Part shown: in pieces, positions 37,501 through 43,641 of the stretch
How positions within the stretch are numbered: the first letter of the stretch is position 1
Layout of the letters: the number at the start of each line of letters is the position of its first letter
From: Bipalium vagum
Taxonomy: Eukaryota
NCBI GenBank assembly: GCA_037834085.1
Contig: JBBMKC010229415.1
Location: forward strand, 1 to 43,641
Length of the DNA stretch: 43,641 nucleotides
Direction: 5' to 3'
The notes under the pieces: generated by a model
What the model was told of the DNA's origin: nothing
The model's input: only the letters and a program-made list of their open reading frames with translations
Databases searched by the model: none
Position numbers and translations under genes: made by a program

Positions 37501-38944
37501 AAAAGTGTTCAAACTTTTCCGTTAATAAATGAAAACAAAATGGAAATTATATTTGACATTTTATTTAAACTGTCTTTCTAGATAACATTACAAATATTGT
37601 ATTACTTTTTCAAAATACCGATCCTAAGTATGAACTGCTCATATAAATTAATATTTTATTATTTTCTTTATTATTAATCCATGTATCTTTAATGTGAAGA
37701 CAAAGCAAACTATCAGGCATTATATTTGGAATTATACTAACGACTTAAAATATTGAATGATCAATGAATCGAATTACATTTAATCGTTATCACAATGATT
37801 ATCATTAAAAAGCGAAGACTGAACATAAAACTTTTTTTTAGAATTGTAGTGGAAGCGCTCAACTCATCATAACAAATATGGATTCCACAGACTTCGGAAC
37901 GTATACTGCTACCGCTTTTAACTGTATTGGTCGGGCTTCCACATCATGTAATGTTACGGAAATTAAGGATCTAAATATCCAACCACCAAAGATTTTGAAA
38001 GGGTTGTCAAATCTGAAAATTAGTGAAGGGCGGTCGGTTGAATTGAAAGTTGAAGTAATCGCTAGTCCATCTGTTGTATTTAAATGGTTTGTGTTAATTG
38101 GGGATTATTGAATAACTATTGACGGAATTTTTTTTGTGTAGGGAGAAGGATGGTATTGATATTAACTTGAAGCTCGAATTATCACATATTGATATATCTA
38201 ATTTTGAAAATATTTGCTGTTTGAAACTTAAAAAATCCAGTAAAAGTGACGAAGGTTTATATCGGTGCACTGCGAGCAACAAATTCGGGCACATTTCTAC
38301 TTCGGCCTTTATTTGGATAGATGAAAATGTTAGCCATAAATTTATTGAAAAAGTGTTTCACACGGATCAACAGTCTCTTATGAATCTTGAAACTAGTGAA
38401 ATGAAGCGCTCGTCGTTAGTCGAGAAAACTGTTACAGATTCAAATGAAGATTTCTTAGAAATTATCGAATGTTCTCCACAGACTTTGGAAGTTTTAGAAG
38501 GCGACGAGATTGTTTTGTGGTGCAAAGTCGAAGGAAATTCACGAATAATGGGTTTGGTTTTCATCTGATATTCTGTAAAATATTAATTTTTTCCTGTCTC
38601 CAGTGGAATGGTGTAAAGGAAGTCGAACATTGGTCTACGATGCACGTCACCGAATAACTCAGCTAGACAACCTTTATCAAATGTCAATAGCTAAGTCGAT
38701 GCTTACAGATTCTGGAAAATACACTTTAACCCTAAAGTCCGGATCCAAAACGGTCACTATGGTTTGTCGAGTTGAAATTTTATATAAAGTGAAATCTTCA
38801 AGAAAAACAAAGTATTTTTGCATACATATTGAAAGAGTTTCCATTACCTTGAATTTTTTCAGTTCTGAACAAATGTCTTCTCGTGAATCCTCTTATGTTT
38901 CCAATGACAGTTTCAGATCGCGATCGAGGTCCAAATTGTTATGA
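544..38944 (+). CDS. Giant titin/twitchin-family muscle protein (about 36 Ig, about 38 Fn3, acidic repetitive segment, C-terminal pseudokinase); 5'-partial, at least 9,935 aa
   Basis: Phase-consistent exons: 544-702, 746-1014, 1077-1237, 1853-1922, 1972-2336, 2391-2508, 2553-2640, 2688-2820, 2870-2974, 4224-4579, 4624-4753, 4805-4933, 4979-5346, 5446-5575, 5626-5749, 5799-8375, 9526-9755, 9806-14791 (contains the N gap), 14838-15003, 15054-15626, 16038-16397, 16448-16717, 16768-17997, 18049-18324, 18369-21029, 21074-21188, 21650-21822, 21873-22478, 22525-22815, 22858-22977, 23076-23663, 23721-25250, 26119-30855, 31328-31642, 31686-33839, 33948-34038, 34084-34389, 34714-34852, 34902-35107, 35159-35832, 35884-36021, 36076-36285, 36825-37136, 37186-37409, 37842-38086, 38142-38551, 38604-38811, 38863-38944 (TGA). 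I-set Ig motifs (PxF..L, GxPxPxIxWxK, DxGxYxCxAxNxxG) and Fn3 motifs (WxxPxxDGGSxIxxY, YxFRVxAxNxxG) recur throughout. The first exon follows an AG at 542-543, so the start codon lies outside the window. Confidence 0.93.
3069..3911 (-). mobile_element. Degenerate, internally deleted mariner-family transposon in intron 9
   Basis: Minus-strand fragments YWFKKNLSAID..., VTNWFSQFRMGRSVFHDLLRPGR (helix-turn-helix region), LVPHTL (WVPHEL-like) and, after a frameshift, ATDDETWVYF (TGDETW motif). Termini TA|CAGATG (3067-3074) and CATCTG|TA (3906-3913). Confidence 0.85.
10271..14680 (+). repeat. Glu/Ile/Lys-rich low-complexity repetitive coding segment (PEVK-equivalent position)
   Basis: No Ig or Fn3 motifs. 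Recurring EKxxEIxxxEQxEIxEE unit; EEIIIEE(L/M)EDQF at 11464, 12187 and 12670; a 549-nt period around the gap. Confidence 0.85.
13246..13345. other. Assembly gap (100 N) inside a coding tandem repeat
   Basis: Run of 100 N. The joined flanks read GAAATG|AATGTTATG, identical to the intact copy at 13889-13903. Confidence 0.97.
16448..22815 (+). repeat. Ig-Ig-Fn3-Fn3-Fn3 super-repeat: 3 full copies plus Ig-Ig-Fn3-Fn3
   Basis: Ig pairs start near 16448, 18049, 19555 and 21080. Fn3 starts: DKPSKP/RVPDAP/KPGVPG; DVPGPV/NAPDQP/DVPGKP; DKPSRP/SPPSKM/SIPSAP; TVPQPP/DIPTVP. Confidence 0.85.
21823..21872 (+). other. GC-AG intron (50 nt)
   Basis: Donor GAAG|GCAAGT in phase 1 joins to AG|AA AAA CCG to give NFEEKPAI. 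The nearby GT at 21827 is phase 2 and leads to TAA with either downstream AG. Confidence 0.8.
23355..32950 (+). other. Uninterrupted array of about 25 Fn3 domains, divergent in the distal half
   Basis: Successive P..P.GP / W..P / Y.FRV.A.N..G units with no intervening Ig. Distal copies keep only the Trp/Tyr cores. Confidence 0.8.
25474..25526. repeat. Imperfect (AAT)n microsatellite in an intron
   Basis: taataataataattaataatataataattaataataataataataataataat. Confidence 0.8.
34013..35330 (+). other. Titin/twitchin-type kinase-fold domain, predicted catalytically dead
   Basis: Spliced over 5 exons: YEILEILSSLPDSTVYRARDRVTGEYIMTEIF...SGQSLYEPL...EQILNTLKGLHSEGIVHLGIEPKNIYF...FTLLPSPFMQRL...YIPPEIV...ATDLWSLGMMIYEL...DFTKKLL...RPSLSMALEHPWI. 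Confidence 0.9.
35540..38790 (+). other. Six post-kinase (M-band-like) Ig domains
   Basis: Domain starts RPEILSRL, EPKIILPL, PPRFERLL, LPEFVRIL, PPKILKGL and LEIIECSP, each with the core Trp and mostly a (D/E/T)xGxY motif. Confidence 0.85.
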
Positions 38945-38999
38945 TTAACTCTTGATTAGATGAACACAAATTTTTGAAAATTTTTATTGTTGCATGAAA

Positions 39000-39005
39000 A
39001 ATAAA
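39000..39005 (+). terminator. Probable polyadenylation signal of the titin-like gene
   Basis: AATAAA 55 nt after the TGA. The region is AT-rich, so a chance match is possible. Confidence 0.5.
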
Positions 39006-40244
39006 TACGATTACTTATCTTTTAATTTAAAACCTTTTCGGGTCAGGTAATATTTTTATTATAAATGCATCATCTCTCTACTTAACATGTAAAATAAAAA
39101 TAGCTAAAATAAATAAATGATTTGAAAAATGTGGTTTAATCAGATCAAAATGATTTTCAATGATAATAATTTTGCATAACTTGATTAAATATTTTGGTTA
39201 AATAAATAAATAAATAAAAAAAATAAATTTTGGTTAATAAAAACTTATTGTTTAAGCGGTTTAAAATATATCAAAAATAATAAATAAAAAAATTAATTTT
39301 TAATTTATAAATATCTCAATCAAAAAGTTAATAATTTAAAATAATTCCTAAAATCTGGACGTGAAATTAATTAAAATCATATATTACATTTTACTAAGCC
39401 TGTTTTATCAAAACCAAGGACAAAAGTCAATGAAGAAATTATTAATGACAAATAACATGTACAGTAATTGGGATACAATATCCTTCCATATATTATGTTC
39501 TCGAAATGATTTCCATTAACAGATAAGATTTATTCAATTCTTCGTAGGAACGACAATATTTAAGTTTGCAGCTTCTCAGTACTGAAACTTGAACATTTTT
39601 CGTTTATCCATTTCAAGAATATTTTTTCGTAATGGAAAATATTTCCCTTAAGAGTACCTAAAACTTAAATATCTTTAGACTTGGATTACAACTTTAATGG
39701 AATTTCTCTTCATAATAACCTCGAATTAAATCAATTTTCAAATCTAAATTCATACCTAAATTTTAAATGTTTTCATCTGTTACTCATTTAAACAAAACTT
39801 ACTTTATTGTGGTTTCTAAGAATGCTATAATACTCTAATCCCTTTCCTCAAACAAGTAAAGATTAAAATTCTTGTTAAAATTTCAGTTCCAGGTGTTGCG
39901 AAAAAAGTCTGACTCGATCAATAACCTTGTCAATTATTGAACAGGTTTATATTCAAAAGAATATTAATACATGTTCCTTATTTATAAACATTCTATAGTT
40001 GTCACAATTTTAAAAACAAATAGACTTTTAATTTTTAAAAATGAGATTTGATACATTGTTTATTTTATTTAAACAATAAATATTAATTTTTATGTTGTCC
40101 CCTATTTTCTCTAGACAATTTTCAATTGTTACTATTATACTTAAACGTAGTAATGTGTGCTCGTGACTCCTCACTTTTATAAATCATTGTGTCCGTAACT
40201 CCTCTCAACCTTTTCGAATCAAAATACCCGCAACAATACCGTAT

Positions 40245-40548
40245 CCGCATCCACCAGAACTGAATCAAAACTTTACAATAAAACTTTATTGATTAAAGCA
40301 CAATCAAAATATCAATCACCAGGATAGGTTCCCAAAATATTTCTAATAAATAATAATAAAATGAATATACTCCTATTAATGAGAGGAAAGAAAGAGATAA
40401 TCACAAAGCGAGAAGTTCATGAAGAAAAACAGTAGAAATAAACACTAAAATAATAAGCAGTCTCACAAAGAGCGACAAGGGGTCCCCAGGTGGCCCTCTA
40501 GGTCCTTTTCAGGTCACCCTTTAATCCATTAGCTTAATCTGTCGAACA
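40245..40548 (-). mobile_element. Possible LTR plus primer-binding-site fragment nested in the Tc1 element
   Basis: On the minus strand: TG at 40548, AATAAA at 40290-40285, ...GATTCA ending at 40261, a 4-nt spacer, then TGGTGGATGCGG (40256-40245). Locally higher GC. Confidence 0.35.
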
Positions 40549-40769
40549 TCCCCACGGCAAGATTTTTGTCAAAAAAAAAAATTTCTAATAATTTTTCAAA
40601 ACAAATTCATTATTAATTAATAATTCTTATTTTTATTATTATTACAACTCTATTATCAATTTTTTTGCTACAACTCAACAAAATTCTAGTTTTCATGTTA
40701 AGAATTAATATACTTGATAGTTTCATTTGTAACTCCATTCCTAATTCCTTACATATTCAAAATCCAGCT

Positions 40770-41161
40770 ATGCCATCTTTTTGTTGTTTTCCTCAAAATT
40801 TAACTCTATTCCCCTTATACCTGCAGTATAAATTTAACATCCTATTAGAAGCGAATTTTGATAATCATGTTCGATGCAGTTAGCTTAAAATGGTAGCTCT
40901 TGGGTATCCTCGCTGTGCCATATCTTCACACAAATTAAAACATGTTCTTGTGTCACCTGTTATCACAACTTGCCTAAGTCCTTGGTGATCTATTTTAAAA
41001 ATTTTCTGGTGCTTTCACTTCCTTTCTTTCAATACAGCATCCCCTTTTTTTGAGACAGTTCTTTCTACTATCCTTAACGGTACTCGCATTATATTACATA
41101 TTTCTGTAAGTCTCTTATAACCTTTTTGAATAAAATTTGAAATGTCTTCATTTTGGACCAT
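40770..41161 (-). pseudogene. Tc1-family transposase N-terminal DNA-binding region, multiple stops
   Basis: MVQNEDISNFIQKGYKRLTEICNIMRVPLRIVERTV...ERK*KHQKIFKIDHQGLRQVV...TCFNLCEDMAQRGYPRATILS*LHRT*L...YKGNRVKF* follows the Tc1 HTH-GRPxK-HTH-HKxxRLxF pattern. Confidence 0.7.
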
Positions 41162-41932
41162 TAATCTAAGAAGATTATCAAAAATAATTTTCATTATAAG
41201 GTTAAATTATTGTATTATTAAAAGTATCTTACCTAATGTTTAAAATAACTACAAAGTATTTAAAATACAAATACATTTTTTATCAAACCACCATTTATTT
41301 GGACAATTATATTATTACCTTCCGACTTTTTCATCTAATCATTACAAATATTAACAAAATTCATAAAATTTAAGCTCATCTTAAATATAATTAAAGCACA
41401 TTGAGAAAAAAAATACACAAAAAACTATTTTTAATCAAATCTACTAAAACAAAAATCGAATATAATTGCAAACATTAATACAAAAACAGTTATTTAGTAC
41501 ATATAGGTATAGGTTATAAAATACATATAAGACTTTTAATAAGTAACACAAAAATCCTATGTACTTTACAACTTTATTATATTATTAATATTTGTTATTA
41601 GACTGTACATTGAATCTCATCTCATCTACACTAGTAACATTCATTCTGCTTAAATATCAGAATTCTTGATTTAATTTTTTGTAAAATTAATTCTTAAAAT
41701 TGATTTTTAAAGTTTTAGTTTACTGAATTACATGTTATAACTATAGATAGTTTATACATAATGAAAATGTGTAAATATTAATGTCCAATAATTGACAGAG
41801 GTATTGATTGAGTCGTACTTTTTTCGCAACACCTAGATGGTGATTATATTTTAATATAGTTCCGTTCGATTATCAGATATATAGTTTTTAAAATACAAAA
41901 TATTTAAAACATGAAATCGATAATAAATTATA

Positions 41933-42629
41933 TTATTTCTTAAATTTAAATCGCTTCTTCAGCCCTTTTTGGTGCTTTCTTTTACACTAAATTAAAAATT
42001 TATGAAAGATATAATCTTATGGTTTTTACCTTTGACTTTTGTCGCTTTCTAAAATGGTCATCGTTTTTATCCTAAGAATGAAGAATTGAAAGAATTAAAT
42101 ATCAAAAGAAAAACTTCATCGTTGAGTAATCTCATTATTTCTTCTCCTTCAACCTCCGGGTCAATATAATGTCCAAGGGCTAATTTCTTTTCAAGCTTTT
42201 TCTGTTTTTTACTTAGAACTTGTCTGGTAAAAGTACTTTCTTCATACTCCTCTCTCTCCTTAATTTTTTTAATAGCCAAGCAATTGGCCGTTTTGTCTAT
42301 CTGAAATGATCATTAAACTTAAATATAAAAAGTTTAAATTTTATTTAACTTTCTCCTCTTTAGGTAAATCATCATCACTATTAGAAATATCAGAATCATC
42401 TTTTAAATCTTCTAGTATATGTTCTATTTTTGAGATGTTAATATGCTTTCTTTTCTTTGCCTTTTCTTCCCTGTCTGAAAAGAAAAATATAATTATTAAA
42501 ATTTAATGCCATTGTTTATTATTAACCATAAAATACTTGATTAAGGCCAGTTGGCTTATAAATATCATTTTGGTTGCTTTCAAAATTTTCAATATGCTGA
42601 TCTAAATCAAGGCCAGCTTCTTTAGGTAA
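41933..42629 (-). CDS. NGDN: Neuroguidin (NGDN/Lcp5)-like SSU processome factor; 5' end unresolved
   Basis: Exons 42629-42527, 42474-42350, 42300-42115, 42071-42030 and 41986-41933 (TAA), with GT-AG introns of 43-52 nt. Translation ...IYKPTGLNQVFYDREEKAKKRK...ILEDLKDD...DDLPKEE...KEREEYEESTFTRQVLSKKQKK...KRKHQKGLKKRFKFKK* matches the NGDN motif order YxPPxLxxVxYD / ELKExYSDAPEE / RxxYEExxxxRLxxSKxxK / basic tail. Confidence 0.75.
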
Positions 42630-43641
42630 CTATATTTAAAATTATAATTTTAAGGAGATAACCATATAACTTACTAAAAAGTTCATAATAAATAATTTCA
42701 AATATTTAAACAAACATTTCCTGAGATTGTCATTACGAATTAAAATATGATTATTATTTATAATTATTTTTGAATATTTTTAAGAGAAAATTTAATATTG
42801 AAAATAATTGAATGATTCTAAATTTTCAAAGTTTGAAGTTGTGTTATTCATCAATTTTTCTATATGTAAATTTGAAATCGATTAAAATTTATTTACTAAA
42901 ATTAATAACTTTTACAAATGATTTCAATTTTAGAAACAGTAAAAATTTTATGGTTATTGATTACATAAACAGTAGAGCTTAAAAATAACATAAAATTAAA
43001 ACCTGGTTAAATAAAATTAATTTTTAAAAATTTTTAAATACGTTAATTTAATTAAAAATTTGAACTTTTATGAACCTGGGAGATGTAGTTTTAGTTACAT
43101 TCAATTTTCTATTTAAAAATTTAAATTACATTTTGCCGATAGCAAATCCTGAAACCGAAATATTATTTTTCAATTCACTACAATTAAACAATTGACATTT
43201 TATTGTCAATCAAACCAGCATAGTTTTTTACTTCGCACCTCGTATGATTTTTTTTAATCTCTGTGACTTATTCTTTCGTATTTGTAGTGTTAATTATGAA
43301 GATGCCGATCTTGAAGTTTCGTCGATTTTTAAACTAATCTTCGCGCTTTTCGATTTTTCCAATCATTCTTGATAACCTATCGATGGTTTTTAAACGGTTC
43401 AACAGTTAACAACTCAGACGTTGTTGTGAGACGTTTTGTTCTGAAGTTAATGGTACCCTCTTTCAGAATGTTGTTGAGGTTCGCTCCAATCTCTTAATTT
43501 TTATAAATAAACTTTTGGCGAAAAATAAGGTTTTGTTAATACGTTGGCCAATTTAAAATCATGTATTTTAATTATTAATTATTAATTTAAAATTAATTAA
43601 ATAAATTTTGAAAAATAAATTTTAAATATTATTTAGGAACA

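Larger units (their letters stand above)
39889..41836 (-). mobile_element. Decayed Tc1-like DNA transposon with ~55-nt terminal inverted repeats
   Basis: Left end CCAGGTGTTGCGAAAAAAGTCTGACTCGATCAATAACCTTGTCAATTATTG; right end reverse-complemented CTAGGTGTTGCGAAAAAAGTACGACTCAATCAATACCTCTGTCAATTATTG. Contains an internal minus-strand transposase relic. TA target duplication not cleanly preserved. Confidence 0.8.

Noticed and set aside
746-38944. The roughly 35 plus-strand ORFs as separate genes or an operon
   Set aside because: Their ends coincide with GT/AG sites and the phases chain into one frame. The listed starts are internal codons or intron read-through.
39400-39880. Possible small minus-strand exons downstream of the titin-like gene
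   Set aside because: Short frames with frequent stops and no recognisable product.
40665-40883. 73-codon plus-strand ORF
   Set aside because: Antisense to the Tc1 transposase relic.
42306-42506. 66-aa plus-strand ORF
   Set aside because: Antisense to an NGDN-like exon.
43060-43560. Slightly GC-richer sequence at the window end as an exon, ncRNA or TE
   Set aside because: No ORF, fold or repeat termini that I could substantiate.
1-43641. CRISPR arrays, tRNA/rRNA genes, prokaryotic systems, alternative genetic code
   Set aside because: None seen. The DNA is spliceosomal-intron eukaryotic, and about 30 kb of exons translate cleanly with the standard code.

Overview
AT-rich animal genomic DNA with very short introns. 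About 38.4 kb (544-38944, + strand) is the 5'-incomplete part of one giant titin/twitchin-family gene. I reconstructed it by hand as 48 exons and 47 introns; 34 introns are 42-62 nt and one is GC-AG. With the 100 N removed the exons total 29,808 nt, i.e. 9,935 aa plus stop, in frame. Domain order: about 17 tandem Ig; a ~1,450-aa Glu/Ile-rich, Pro-poor repetitive segment containing an assembly gap; Ig-Ig; Fn3; three Ig-Ig-Fn3-Fn3-Fn3 repeats plus one partial repeat; Ig; about 25 uninterrupted Fn3; Ig-Ig-Fn3; a kinase-fold domain that has lost every catalytic motif (pseudokinase); six Ig; a Ser/Arg tail. Intron 9 holds an internally deleted mariner element. Downstream are a decayed Tc1-like element with TIRs (39889-41836), possibly containing an LTR/PBS fragment, and a convergent neuroguidin (NGDN/Lcp5)-like gene whose 5' end is unresolved. 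Domain counts are by eye; no searches were run.
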